From the NCBI GenBank assembly GCA_043803205.1, contig JAZDKG010000073.1, forward strand, positions 2,129 to 66,128: 64,000 nt of DNA, written 5' to 3'. This DNA comes from Planctomycetota bacterium. GTDB taxonomy: Bacteria; Planctomycetota; DG-23; JAZDKG01. Below the pieces are notes generated by a model. The model saw only the letters and a list, made by a program, of their open reading frames with translations. It did not search any database and had not been told where the DNA came from. Both the position numbers and the translations under genes were made by a program. Shown piece after piece: positions 8,579-19,713 of the stretch. Numbering within the stretch: position 1 is the first letter of the stretch; each line of letters begins with the position of its first letter.

Positions 8579-8870
8579 CGGGGATTCGCCACACTGGCGC
8601 GTTTTGAGGGGGGAGGAGGAGCGGGGGCTCCCGCCTACTTACGATGCCGGACCCGCTGCATCTGACGGCGCTTTTTGCTCCCGCGCTTTCTGCGTCCGCG
8701 ATGCTTCTTGAGCGTCCGAACTCCCACGCAGTGATTCCTTTCCGCCAAGGGGTGGGGTGCGCTGCTGGCGGGACACTATAGCGCATAGCGGGCGCAAGTC
8801 AACGGTGAGTTGACCAACGAAGGCGAAGACGCTATCGTACCGGGCTTCCTCGAAGGAAGGGAGACGCTAG

Positions 8871-9884
8871 ATGCACAAGACGGTCGCTCTCGGTTTCATC
8901 GGGATTGGCGGGGCGGGGTCGCATCACGTGACGGCGGCGGCGCAGACCGCCGGCGCGCGGGTCGCGGCGCTGTGCGACCTCGACGCGCAGAAGCTTGCGC
9001 GGATCGCGGGGTCTCATCGCTCGGCGGCGACGTTCACGGACCCGGCGAAGCTCTTGGCGATGGAGGAGCTGGACGGCGTGGTGGTGGCGCTCCCGAACGC
9101 GCTGCATGCGCCGATGGTCACCGATGCCCTGCGGGCGGGGAAAAACGTCCTGTGCGAGAAGCCGCCCGCGCTCAACGGGGACCTCGCCGCCAAGATGGAG
9201 CGGGAGGCGGCGCGGGCGAAGAAGCTGCTCGTCTACGGATTTCAGCGGCGGTTCTACCCGTCGAGCCGGCACGCGAGTCGTATGCTTTCGCGCGGCGAGG
9301 CGGGAGAAGTCTATTTCGTCAAGACGGGATGGCTGCGCAGGGACGTGGAGCTTCCGGCGTGGTTTCTCAAGAAGAAGCTCTCGGGGGGCGGGCCGCTGAT
9401 CGACCTCGGCGTACACATGCTGGACGTGACGCTGTGGCTCATGGGGTATCCGAAGGCGGTCGCCGTGCTGAGTACGGTGGAAAGGAAGTTCGGGACGTAC
9501 GACGTGGAGGATTTCGCGGCGGCCATGATCCGGTTGGGGAACGGGGCGACGCTGTTTCTCGAGGCGTCGCGGAAGGTGCACGGCAACATTCCGAGGGGTG
9601 GAGATCAGGCGTACTGGAACGTGCTGGGGTCCAGGGCGGGGCTGAGCTGGCCGCCTCTTGCCGTGCATCGGGACCGGCGGGGGAAACCCGTGGACCTGGC
9701 GCCGGCTCTTGCGGCGGACGACTGGATCGCAGGCATCGGGGCGCAGATGAAAGAGTTCGTGAGGAGGATCCGGGGGGGAGACACGGACCTTACGCAGGCG
9801 CGACAGGGGACGCAGCTCATGCGGATCGTCGACGCGATCTACGAGTCGGCGCGCAGGAAGACGGCGGTGAAGCCGGCGGGGTAG
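8871..9884 (+). CDS. Gfo/Idh/MocA family NAD(P)-dependent oxidoreductase
   Basis: N-terminal Rossmann fold (LGFIGIGGAGSHHV), LCEKP motif and the C-terminal alpha/beta domain typical of the family. Confidence 0.85.
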   Translation: MHKTVALGFIGIGGAGSHHVTAAAQTAGARVAALCDLDAQKLARIAGSHRSAATFTDPAKLLAMEELDGVVVALPNALHAPMVTDALRAGKNVLCEKPPALNGDLAAKMEREAARAKKLLVYGFQRRFYPSSRHASRMLSRGEAGEVYFVKTGWLRRDVELPAWFLKKKLSGGGPLIDLGVHMLDVTLWLMGYPKAVAVLSTVERKFGTYDVEDFAAAMIRLGNGATLFLEASRKVHGNIPRGGDQAYWNVLGSRAGLSWPPLAVHRDRRGKPVDLAPALAADDWIAGIGAQMKEFVRRIRGGDTDLTQARQGTQLMRIVDAIYESARRKTAVKPAG

Positions 9885-9896
9885 CGGGAAACCGGG

Positions 9897-9925
9897 TTGA
9901 CTGCCTGCCGCCGGGCGCGTATAGT
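9897..9925 (+). promoter_or_regulatory. Near-consensus sigma-70-type promoter TTGACT-N17-TATAGT
   Basis: ttgact 9897-9902 and tatagt 9920-9925 with exactly 17 nt between them. Located 40 nt upstream of the micro-ORF at 9966. Confidence 0.55.
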
Positions 9926-9965
9926 ATTGAGTAGACGAGATTGACGATGAGTAAGGGGAGAGACA

Positions 9966-10025
9966 ATGTGTGACACCTGTGGGTGCCGGGACAAGAAGAA
10001 GAAGGACACGCCGAAAAAGAAGTAG
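9966..10025 (+). CDS. Micro-ORF encoding a 19-aa Cys/Lys-rich peptide (MCDTCGCRDKKKKDTPKKK)
   Basis: A strong RBS taaggggagag lies 5 nt before ATG 9966. It is driven by the consensus promoter above. It is followed by a ~190-nt leader and then the URO-D-family gene at 10220. Confidence 0.3.
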   Translation: MCDTCGCRDKKKKDTPKKK

Positions 10026-10219
10026 ATCCCGACAGGGCGCGGGAAGCCGGCCCCGGGATTTCGGGATGAGGGGACGGCGGGAGAGTTGGATGCGCGCGGG
10101 GGAGGGTTTCCTCTTGTTGAGCGGATAGCGCCGCGGGACTCAGCCGCGAGTGCTGAGCGCGCCGAGTGGCTGTCTTGCGTCGCGCCGGCAACGCGGGATC
10201 GGCGCAAGGAGAAGGTGGA

Positions 10220-11278
10220 ATGCTGACGCCGAAGGAGAGGACGCTGCGGGCGCTGCGGTTTGAGCGCCCTGACCGCCTGCCCAAGGCGGACTTCTACTGG
10301 TCCGAGTTTGAGGCCATCGCCCGAAAGAGGCGCGCGATCCCGCCGGGCGTGTCGCTCGAAGAGCACTACGCGGTGGACATGGGGCTCCTCTTCCCGGACG
10401 AGGGGCCCTACACGACCCGCGCGGGCACCGTCCGGGAGACGGACACGGAGAGGATCCGCATCACTCCCTGGGGACAGAAGGTGCGTGAAGTGAAGGGGGC
10501 GTTCTTCAGCGAGGAGCTCGAATCGCCGATCCGGGAGCAGAAGGACCTCGATCGTCAGCCGTTCGATCCCCCAATGCTCCCGTCGCGATATGAGCATTTC
10601 CTTGACCCTTCCGTGTACCATCCGGACAAGCTCTGCTACTTCGTGAAAACGGGGGGCCCATACCTGCGGAGCGCGTTCGTGCGGGGACAGACGGAATGGC
10701 TCATGGACATCGCCGGGGACGAGGGATTCGCGAAGGAGCTCGCCTGGCGGATGGGGGACTTCCTCATGCAGGTCGGACGGGAGGCATTCAAGAGGTGGGG
10801 CGACACGTCCACGGGGGTGTGGATCTTCGACGACATGGCCTCCAACCGGGGCCCGATGTTCTCGCCCGAGAGCTTTGAGAGGATCTTACTGCCGGCGTAC
10901 CGGCACATGGTGAAGAGCTGGAAGGAGGCGGGGGCGAGCTACGTGCTTCTGCACTCGGACGGGAACATCGAGGTGCTCTTAGACATGCTGATCGAGGCGG
11001 GGATCGATGGGTTCAACCCGGTGGAGCCGCGCAGCGGGATGGACCTGGCGCGGCTGCACGAGAAGTACGGGAAGCGCGCGGCGTTCATCGGGGGGATGTG
11101 CAACTCGGTGGTGCTGCCGAGGGGGCCCGTCGAGAAGGTGCGGGAGCAGGCCGAGCGGATCATCGCGGCGGGGAGGGACGGCGGGGTTATCATCGGGGCG
11201 CACTCGATCGGCCCGGACATTCCCGTCGAGCACTACGAGGCGTACGTTGAGCTCGTGAACTCGTCGCGGTACGAGTGA
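10220..11278 (+). CDS. Uroporphyrinogen decarboxylase (URO-D) family protein, MtaA/CmuA-like (paralog 1)
   Basis: Length and conserved blocks of the URO-D / methylcobamide-methyltransferase family (FDDMASNRGPMFSPESF, HSDGNIEVLLDMLIEAGIDGFNP). RBS aaggagaagg before ATG 10220. Confidence 0.8.
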   Translation: MLTPKERTLRALRFERPDRLPKADFYWSEFEAIARKRRAIPPGVSLEEHYAVDMGLLFPDEGPYTTRAGTVRETDTERIRITPWGQKVREVKGAFFSEELESPIREQKDLDRQPFDPPMLPSRYEHFLDPSVYHPDKLCYFVKTGGPYLRSAFVRGQTEWLMDIAGDEGFAKELAWRMGDFLMQVGREAFKRWGDTSTGVWIFDDMASNRGPMFSPESFERILLPAYRHMVKSWKEAGASYVLLHSDGNIEVLLDMLIEAGIDGFNPVEPRSGMDLARLHEKYGKRAAFIGGMCNSVVLPRGPVEKVREQAERIIAAGRDGGVIIGAHSIGPDIPVEHYEAYVELVNSSRYE

Positions 11279-12161
11279 GGGGGACGTCGTCAGGGAGCGA
11301 AGGCCGGTCCTCCTGCGGCACGAGGAGCGTTTCAAGGACGGCGTCGAGGAGGTCGAGGGCGCAGGCAAGGCCTTTTCCGCGCGGGGAATTCCGGAAGCGA
11401 AGGAGGCCCGCCTGGCAGCCGGGGGGCTCAAGCTCCATTGCCTGGACCCAGGCGCGGGACGGGAGAGCCGCGGTCACGCGGACGGGGATCGAGAGTTCGC
11501 CGGCGCATTGGACGAGGCGGAGCTGCAGCCGGTCGAAGAGGCCCGGGCCGCGGGGGATCTCTAGAAGGTCGACGCGGGCGCCGACGCCCTCCACGGCGAG
11601 GAGGAGGTCGGGGCGGACTCGGGCGCAGGGAAGCGCGGCACAGACGGGGGAGGTGCGCGTCCGAACGAGGAACGAGACGACGAGCGTCCCGGAGAACTCC
11701 CGGGTACGCCAGCGTTCCAGGAGGGCCTCCGCCGCGGGGACGGCCGCGCACGCGGGCACTTGTCCGGGGGCCACGGTGTCGCCGACGGCGAGCGGGATGG
11801 AGCGAGTGCCCGACGCGACGAGGAGGGAGCGACGCCTTCGGAGCTCGACGACGCAGACGCGCCCCGTGGCTCGAGAGAGGGAGCGCCCGACCTCGGCGAC
11901 GGGCGTGCGGCCGACGGTCGAGAGATGCGCTTCCCCTTGGGGCGAGATCCCGCGCACAAACCAACCGGGCTCATCCACGGGCGCGGCGACCATGATGACG
12001 GGGCTAGCGCGTCCGAGCTCGACGGTGACGTTCCCGGCGACATCGGCGCAGGGGTAGAAGCCTTTCGAGGCGAGACGGGCAAGAAGGGATCTCTGGAAAT
12101 GTTCCTCGGCGCCTGAGACCGCAGGCGGGCCAAGGGGTGTCACGTATGGTGTCCGGCGCAT
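11190..12161 (-). CDS. M42 (FrvX/TET) aminopeptidase homolog, catalytically degenerate (possible pseudoenzyme or decaying gene)
   Basis: It aligns along its whole length with M42 peptidases (PAVSGAEE...GNVTVELGRASPVIMVAAPVDEPGWFV vs APGVSGYE...GNVIA..KVMIAAHMDQIGLMV). The metal-ligand motifs are replaced: AHMDE becomes AAPVDE, and the QEEVGLRGA region becomes VRTRTSPVCAA. Strong RBS aaaggaga before ATG at 12161. The 3' end overlaps the convergent URO-D gene by ~88 nt. The composition is Arg-rich. Confidence 0.45.
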   Translation of the reverse strand: MRRTPYVTPLGPPAVSGAEEHFQRSLLARLASKGFYPCADVAGNVTVELGRASPVIMVAAPVDEPGWFVRGISPQGEAHLSTVGRTPVAEVGRSLSRATGRVCVVELRRRRSLLVASGTRSIPLAVGDTVAPGQVPACAAVPAAEALLERWRTREFSGTLVVSFLVRTRTSPVCAALPCARVRPDLLLAVEGVGARVDLLEIPRGPGLFDRLQLRLVQCAGELSIPVRVTAALPSRAWVQAMELEPPGCQAGLLRFRNSPRGKGLACALDLLDAVLETLLVPQEDRPSLPDDVPLTRTATSSRAQRTPRSARRECPGRSSAPR

Positions 12162-12462
12162 ACGTTTCTCCTTTTTGTCTTGTGGTCTTGAGGGCGGTCT
12201 CCTTTTTCGAGCGTCGAGGAGAAGCGCAATCCTCGTGCCAATGCGGACAGCCAAAGGCGTTGGGGCGGTGTCAGTAGATCGGCGCTAGATGTATCCGCGG
12301 GAGAGAGGGGGTGGGGAAAATCACCACATCCGCAGGCTCAAGAGGGGACGAGGAGGATGGGTTCTAGCCTCTTTTTCGCTTGCCCGCCGACGGGGAGAGC
12401 CATAGCCTGTGCGCCTTGGAAATGGAGATCGCGGGAGAACCTTGCGTGAGGAGAGCGCAACG

Positions 12463-13698
12463 ATGGGCCGGCATCTGGACTTCATCATGTGTCCGCTGCG
12501 GGAGACGGGACCGGGGAATTTGCGCAACAGCGAGGGGGCGATCATCGAGCTTCGGGACGGGAGGCTTCTGGGCGCGTATACGCATTTCTACGCGGATGGG
12601 AGCGACTGGGGCGCGGGCGACATCATGGGGAAGACGAGCGAGGACGGGGGAGCAACGTGGAGCGCGCCGTTCGTGATCGAGCCCAACAGCGCCCGCTGCA
12701 ACGTCGGACGTCTCGCGCTCGTGCGGCTGAAGGGCCTCCATGACGGCTACCACCGCGAGGCGCCCTACCTCGCCCACATCTACGTCGAACTCAACAACTT
12801 CTACACCAACCGAATGATCTTCAAGACCTCCATCGACGAGGGGAAGACGTGGTCGTCGCCCGTGCAGATCAACGACACGGGCACGCTGGGACACATCTGT
12901 CAGCGCGGGGACACGGCGCTCGTGCTCTCCACCGGGAGGATCGTCGTGCCGGTCTACGGGATGTTCGGCGGAATGTGCGCGAGCTTCATGTATTACTCGG
13001 ACGACGGCGGCGAGACGTGGCTGCGCAGCCGGGGCGAGGTCGCGGTGCACTTCCAGGAGAGCGGACGGGATTTCGCATACGCGGATTTCGAGGAGCCTGC
13101 GGTCGTGGAGCTTCGGGACGGGAGGTTGCTATGCTTCGGGAGGACGCGCCTCGGGCAACTCTATCAGAGTTGGAGTAGCGACAGCGGGCTGACATGGAGC
13201 GCGGCGGAGCCGTCGGGTCTGGCGTCGAGCTATTCGCCGGCGTCGCTTAAGACGATCCCGACGACGGGCGACATCCTGTGCGTGTGGAATCAGGCGTCGG
13301 CGCAGGAGATCGCGGACGGGCTCGCCAGGATGCGGATGTCCTGCGCCGTCAGCCGGGACGACGGGAAGAGCTGGGAGCTTTTCCGCAACCTCGAATCGCT
13401 TGACGACCGCGTTCGCATCGAGCCGGAGCGGGGCGCGACCGACACGGTGGGCGAGATGCAGGCGATCCAGGCGCGGCTTGCCCTCCAGCACAAGCCGACG
13501 CAGAAAGACTATCCCGATGAGGTGAAGAAACGCTATCCCCGTTGGCAGGGGTACAAGCACGTGGACTATCCGTCGACGACCTTCACGAGCGACGGGCACG
13601 TGCTCGTGTCGTACGGGGTCTATGGGAGCGTGGGGAAGGAGCTCCCGATGGGACAGAAACTCGTCGTTCGGCCCATCGAGTGGCTGTACGAGAAGTAG
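12463..13698 (+). CDS. BNR/Asp-box repeat protein, exo-alpha-sialidase-like (GH33-like beta-propeller)
   Basis: At least five SxDxGxTW Asp-box motifs (SEDGGATWS, SIDEGKTWS, SDDGGETW, SSDSGLTWS, SRDDGKSWE). No obvious RIP motif was seen, so sialidase activity is not asserted. Confidence 0.75.
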   Translation: MGRHLDFIMCPLRETGPGNLRNSEGAIIELRDGRLLGAYTHFYADGSDWGAGDIMGKTSEDGGATWSAPFVIEPNSARCNVGRLALVRLKGLHDGYHREAPYLAHIYVELNNFYTNRMIFKTSIDEGKTWSSPVQINDTGTLGHICQRGDTALVLSTGRIVVPVYGMFGGMCASFMYYSDDGGETWLRSRGEVAVHFQESGRDFAYADFEEPAVVELRDGRLLCFGRTRLGQLYQSWSSDSGLTWSAAEPSGLASSYSPASLKTIPTTGDILCVWNQASAQEIADGLARMRMSCAVSRDDGKSWELFRNLESLDDRVRIEPERGATDTVGEMQAIQARLALQHKPTQKDYPDEVKKRYPRWQGYKHVDYPSTTFTSDGHVLVSYGVYGSVGKELPMGQKLVVRPIEWLYEK

Positions 13699-13707
13699 GG
13701 GGCGGAT

Positions 13708-14901
13708 TTACTCGAGGCGGGGGTTCCAGCGTTCGTCGAAAGCGACGAAGCGGCCGCCTTTGGAGAGGGACAGTCGGACTCCCTCGATGACGGCGGTGCC
13801 GATGAGGGCCTGTTCGGGCAAGGCGCGGGAGGTTGCCCAGCGGGCGAGCAAAGCCTTGCGTCGGGCAAGGGCTTTCGCGGGAGGGAGGTCCGCCGTTTCG
13901 GAGGCGATGCGGCGGACGTCGTTGAGGCCTTGGAGGATGGAGTCGTAGCCGTAACCCACGTATTCGGTTCCATCGTCGAAGGAATCGTAGCCCTGGAAGA
14001 AGTTGGGGTTGACGTGCTGGAAGCCCCTAGCGTCGCTCACGATGGAGAGATTTCGATCCTTGTGATCGGCGCGGTATTCGCCAAGCGTTCCGTGCAGGTG
14101 CATCCCCTGGCTTGTAAGCGCGCTTTGAGCGTCGGAGCACACCCAGGCGGTCTCGACCCAGAGGGCGCTGCCGTTCCGCCACTCGATGAGGGCCTCGATG
14201 GCGTCGTAGGCGTTCTTGCCCGCGGAGGGGAGGAACTTCTTCTGGCCGAAGGCGCAGAGGCGTTTGGGGAGGAGGCCCGTCACGTAGTGGAAGACGTCGA
14301 CGTAGTGGACGCCGATGTACTCGAAGGATGAGGAGCGCTCGCACCAGCGGGCGAAGTTCTTGAGGGGCATCTCTTTCTTCTCTTCGATCCACGCATACCC
14401 GTGGAGGATCTCGCCGAGTTCGCCCTGGCGGACGCGACGCTTGAGGAGTCGGACGGCGCGGTCGTGACGCTTGTGATAGTCGGTGAGGACGTAGACGCCC
14501 TTGCGGGAGGCGGCGCGAGCGATGGCGCGCGCTTCACGGGCCCGCAGGCAGAGGGGCTTTTCGACGATGCAGTCGATGCCATGGCGGATGGCGCAGAGGA
14601 CCACGTCGGTATGAAGGTCGTCGGGGGTGGCGACGATGACGCAGGCGGGGGGCGCGAGGCGGGCGATCGCCTTCTCGTAGGCTTTGGGGTCGGTCTCCCG
14701 CCCGGAGGGGAAGCCGATCAGGGGCTCTTTGGGGAAGGCACGGCGCAAAGATCGGATGGTCTTGCCGGTGCGGGCGGCGACCGCAACCTGCGCGACGGTC
14801 CCCCGGCGACGCTCCTGGAAGAGCGTGGGGAGGATGACCTCTCGCGAGATCATGCCGCCACCGACGACGAGGATATTGAGGCCGGGAAGGGAGCGGGTCA
14901 C
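13708..14901 (-). CDS. Gfo/Idh/MocA family oxidoreductase
   Basis: Rossmann N-terminus ILVVGGGMISREV, and an EKP motif (CIVEKPLC). Confidence 0.8.
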   Translation of the reverse strand: MTRSLPGLNILVVGGGMISREVILPTLFQERRRGTVAQVAVAARTGKTIRSLRRAFPKEPLIGFPSGRETDPKAYEKAIARLAPPACVIVATPDDLHTDVVLCAIRHGIDCIVEKPLCLRAREARAIARAASRKGVYVLTDYHKRHDRAVRLLKRRVRQGELGEILHGYAWIEEKKEMPLKNFARWCERSSSFEYIGVHYVDVFHYVTGLLPKRLCAFGQKKFLPSAGKNAYDAIEALIEWRNGSALWVETAWVCSDAQSALTSQGMHLHGTLGEYRADHKDRNLSIVSDARGFQHVNPNFFQGYDSFDDGTEYVGYGYDSILQGLNDVRRIASETADLPPAKALARRKALLARWATSRALPEQALIGTAVIEGVRLSLSKGGRFVAFDERWNPRLE

Positions 14902-15393
14902 GCGGGCATCCTCCTTTTTTGGCGCGGCGAGGTGACGAGGGCGCTTTCATAGGGTAGAATATCAAGGGAGGGCGAAGAGATACAAGGCAAAGGTTCGGAG
15001 GGTTCGGCAATGAGAAAGCGCGTGGGCAACATCCAAACGCTCAGGAAGCTGGTTTATACGCGCGCGAACTTGCCGCATGTCTTCCAGATGCCCGTGGATC
15101 GTGGCCACTACTGGGGCGGCAAGAGGGGGAGGGGACACGCGGGCTGAGGGATACGAGCGGTGGAGTAAGCGCGGGGAAACCCCCGCTTGAGGAAGGAGAA
15201 GGCGTCAGCAGGAAAAGACTTCAAGCGAGCGCGCCCGCGACTCCAAGCAACTTCTAGCACCCCGCTATTCGCGGCGCAGATGTAGAAGTCCCGCCTGCAC
15301 GGTTTGGCAGGGACATTTGAGTTTGCGCCGACAGGGGCAGAATCAGAAAGAATGGACAGTCCGGGCGCGCTCCTATGTACAGTGGAGGGGGCC

Positions 15394-15450
15394 TGTCACT
15401 TTGACATGCGGGTGGCTGGCGAGAGGGCGGCAGCTTCTGTCAAGTTGACA
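15394..15450. promoter_or_regulatory. Pair of TGTCA-N-TGACA palindromes in the groEL upstream leader (candidate operator)
   Basis: tgtcactttgaca at 15394-15406 and the perfect 6-1-6 palindrome tgtcaagttgaca at 15438-15450, spaced ~44 bp apart. They lie ~190-240 nt upstream of groEL ATG 15637. No CIRCE (TTAGCACTC-N9-GAGTGCTAA) is present. Confidence 0.35.
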
Positions 15451-15534
15451 GCAGCAGGGGAGCGGTGATAGGGGGTTGCTGACATATCTCTTTGTATGGC
15501 AGCATGTTACACTAAAGGCGTTCGACATATTTGA

Positions 15535-17304
<1,770 letters not shown>

Positions 17305-17344
17305 GACGAGATCAAGGAGAGTCCTTGTCAAGGAGGTGACAGAG

Positions 17345-17647
17345 ATGGCAGTCCGACCTTTGGATGATCGGGTGTTGGTGAAGCCTCTGGAGGCGGAGGA
17401 GAAGACGGCGGGCGGGATCGTGCTGCCGGACACGGCTAAGGAGAAGCCGCAGCGCGGCAAAGTGATCGCGACGGGTCCGGGAAAGGTTCTGGAGTCGGGG
17501 AAGCGCGTCGAGATGTCGGTGAGCAAGGGGGACGAGATCCTCTACGGGAAGTACGGGGGGACGGAGATCAAGATCGACGACGAGGACTACGTCATCCTGC
17601 GGGAGTCCGAGGTGCTCGCTAAAGTACAGCCGGAGAAGAAAAAGTAG
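17345..17647 (+). CDS. groES: Co-chaperonin GroES
   Basis: A 100-aa GroES ([44 protein letters not shown]). RBS aggagg 8 nt before ATG 17345. Confidence 0.9.
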   Translation: MAVRPLDDRVLVKPLEAEEKTAGGIVLPDTAKEKPQRGKVIATGPGKVLESGKRVEMSVSKGDEILYGKYGGTEIKIDDEDYVILRESEVLAKVQPEKKK

Positions 17648-17659
17648 GAGGTGTGGACG

Positions 17660-19270
17660 ATGGCCAAGCAGCTCATGTATTCCGACGAGGCCCGTCGGAA
17701 GGTCCAGGCGGGGATCCGTCGTCTCGCCGACGCGGTGCGGGTGACGCTCGGGCCGACCGGGATGAACGTGATCATCGAGAAGAGCTTCGGTGGTCCGATG
17801 GTGACGAAGGACGGGGTGACGGTCTCGAAGGAGGTGGAGCTGGACGATCCCTTCGAGAACATGGGGGCGAAGATGGTGAACGAGGTGGCGACGAAGACCT
17901 CGAACGTCGCCGGAGACGGGACCACAACCGCGACCATCCTCGCCGAGGCGATCTACAACGAGGGGCTCAAGAACGTCACCGCGGGCGCCAACCCCATGGA
18001 GGTGAAGCGCGGGATCGAGCTAGCGGTCCAGACGGTGACGGAGGAGCTTGCGAAGCTGTCGCGCGCGGTGAAGCGCAAGGAAGAGATCGCGCAGGTGGCG
18101 ACCATCAGCGCGAACAGCGACACGGTGATCGGGAACTTGCTTGCCGACGCGATGGACAAGGTGGGCAAGGACGGCGTGATCACGGTCGAAGAGGGGAAGG
18201 CCGTGGAGACCACCCTCGATGTGGTGGACGGCCTGCGGTTCGACAAGGGATACATCTCGCCCTACTTCGTGACGGTGCCGGAGAAGATGGAGGCGACGCT
18301 CGAGAAGGCGTACATCCTCATCCATGAGAAGAAGATCTCCAACGTTCGGGAGCTCCTGCCGTTGCTGGAGAAGGTGGCGCAGAGCGGGAGGCCGCTCCTC
18401 ATCATCGCGGAGGAGGTCGAGGGCGAGGCGCTGGCGACACTCGTGGTGAACAAGCTGCGGGGGGTGCTCGTGACGTGCGCGGTGAAGGCGCCCGGCTTCG
18501 GGGACCGCCGCAAAGCGATGCTCCAGGACATCGCCATCATGACGGGCGGCGAGGTCGTCAGCGAGGATCTCGGCGTCAAGCTCGAGAACATCTCCATGGA
18601 CGTGCTCGGGTCGGCCGAGGCGATCACGGTGGACAAGGACAACACGACGATCGTGAAGGGGGGCGGGAAGAAGCAGGCGGTCCAAGACCGCATCGCGCAG
18701 ATCAAGAATCAGATCGAGCAGACGACGAGCGACTACGATCGCGAGAAGCTCCAGGAGCGCTTGGCGAAGCTCTCCGGCGGGGTGGCGATCCTCTCTGTCG
18801 GGGCGAACACCGAGGCGGAGATGAAGCAGAAGAAGGGCAGGGTGGAGGACGCGCTCCATGCGACCCGGGCGGCGGCCGAGGAAGGGATCGTGCCCGGGGG
18901 CGGGATCGCGCTCCTGCGGACCTGCGCGGCGCTGGACGCCGCGCGCAAGAAGGCCCGCGGGGACGAGAAGATCGGCGTGGACATCATCGCGCGGGCGATC
19001 CAGGAGCCGTTGCGGCAGATCGCGCGGAACTCGGGCGCGGACGGCCCCGTGATCCTGGCCCAGGCCCTCAAGAAACCCACGAACGTCGGCTTCGACGCGA
19101 CGACGGGGGAGTTCGTGGACATGTTCAAGGCCGGGATCGTCGATCCGACGAAGGTGGTGCGGACGGCGCTTCAGAACGCGGCCTCCGTGGCGGGGCTGAT
19201 GCTGACGACGGAGACGCTGGTCACGGAACTCAAGGAAGAGGAAGAGGAGGTCGCCGGGAGCATCGCGTAA
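17660..19270 (+). CDS. groEL: Chaperonin GroEL (copy 2, lacks GGM tail)
   Basis: A full-length 536-aa GroEL ([26 protein letters not shown]). The C-terminus is acidic ([12 protein letters not shown]) rather than GGM repeats. RBS aggaggtg. Confidence 0.95.
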   Translation: MAKQLMYSDEARRKVQAGIRRLADAVRVTLGPTGMNVIIEKSFGGPMVTKDGVTVSKEVELDDPFENMGAKMVNEVATKTSNVAGDGTTTATILAEAIYNEGLKNVTAGANPMEVKRGIELAVQTVTEELAKLSRAVKRKEEIAQVATISANSDTVIGNLLADAMDKVGKDGVITVEEGKAVETTLDVVDGLRFDKGYISPYFVTVPEKMEATLEKAYILIHEKKISNVRELLPLLEKVAQSGRPLLIIAEEVEGEALATLVVNKLRGVLVTCAVKAPGFGDRRKAMLQDIAIMTGGEVVSEDLGVKLENISMDVLGSAEAITVDKDNTTIVKGGGKKQAVQDRIAQIKNQIEQTTSDYDREKLQERLAKLSGGVAILSVGANTEAEMKQKKGRVEDALHATRAAAEEGIVPGGGIALLRTCAALDAARKKARGDEKIGVDIIARAIQEPLRQIARNSGADGPVILAQALKKPTNVGFDATTGEFVDMFKAGIVDPTKVVRTALQNAASVAGLMLTTETLVTELKEEEEEVAGSIA

Positions 19271-19398
19271 GCTTGCGCCGGCGCGCCCGCGCTTGAGGGA
19301 GCTTCCCTCCGGCGCTACAATCAGGCGCACGGCGGATTGTCGGTGTTCGCGACGGCGGGCCGAGGAGTTCGACCCGCCGTCGCGCTTCCTCGAGGATA

Positions 19399-19688
19399 AG
19401 AGCCTATCCGAATACCAGGGCCGTGTGCGCCGCGAGGTCCCGCAGTCGCGGGACGAGCAGGACAAGGAGCGAGGAGGCAGCCGTGTCAAAGGATAGACAC
19501 GACGACGACGAGCGACGCAGGCATGCGATGCAACCGCCCGCGGCCCGGAGGGTTGGGGCGGCGAGAGGTCGTCTGCGGCGTTGCAACTCCTCAGCGTATC
19601 TCTCCTCTGATACACCTGCGTCGTCGCGCCTTGCATCCGACCTCTCGGCGCTCCCAACGCGCGCGACCCTGGTATTCAGATAGGCTCT
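19399..19688. mobile_element. MITE-like element copy A (non-coding, bounded by ~25-bp terminal inverted repeats)
   Basis: Left end agagcctatccgaataccaggg. The right end, reverse-complemented, is agagcctatctgaataccaggg. An internal core gcatgcgatgcaaccgcccgcggcccggagggttggggcggcgaga is shared with copy B. It contains the gtcccgcagtcgcgggac hairpin at 19437-19454. It lies between the groEL2 stop and the dnaJ start. Confidence 0.6.
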
Positions 19689-19713
19689 AAGGTCCGGTCG
19701 CGGGATGGCCTGG

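Noticed and set aside
8640-8735. A minus-strand mini-ORF with a basic peptide (…LKKHRGRRKRGSKKRRQMQRVRHRK) that superficially resembles ribosomal protein L34 or S21.
   Set aside because: It does not match the L34 consensus (MKRTFQP…HGFR) or any other ribosomal protein. It has no good start/RBS and lies in a GC-rich intergenic region where basic peptides arise by chance.
10026-10219. A possible cobalamin or other riboswitch in the leader of the MtaA-like gene.
   Set aside because: No B12-box (GCCACTG-like core) or other recognisable riboswitch consensus was found by eye. It is kept only as an unexplained long leader, in the 9897-10219 finding.
15150-15400. Short matches to RNase P RNA conserved blocks (ggacagtccgggcgc vs GGAAAGUCCGGGC; ggtggagtaagcgcgg vs GGUGCGGUAAGAGCGC).
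   Set aside because: The blocks are in the wrong relative order on either strand, and the third universally conserved block (ACAGAAnCCGGCUUA) is absent. These are coincidental GC-rich matches.
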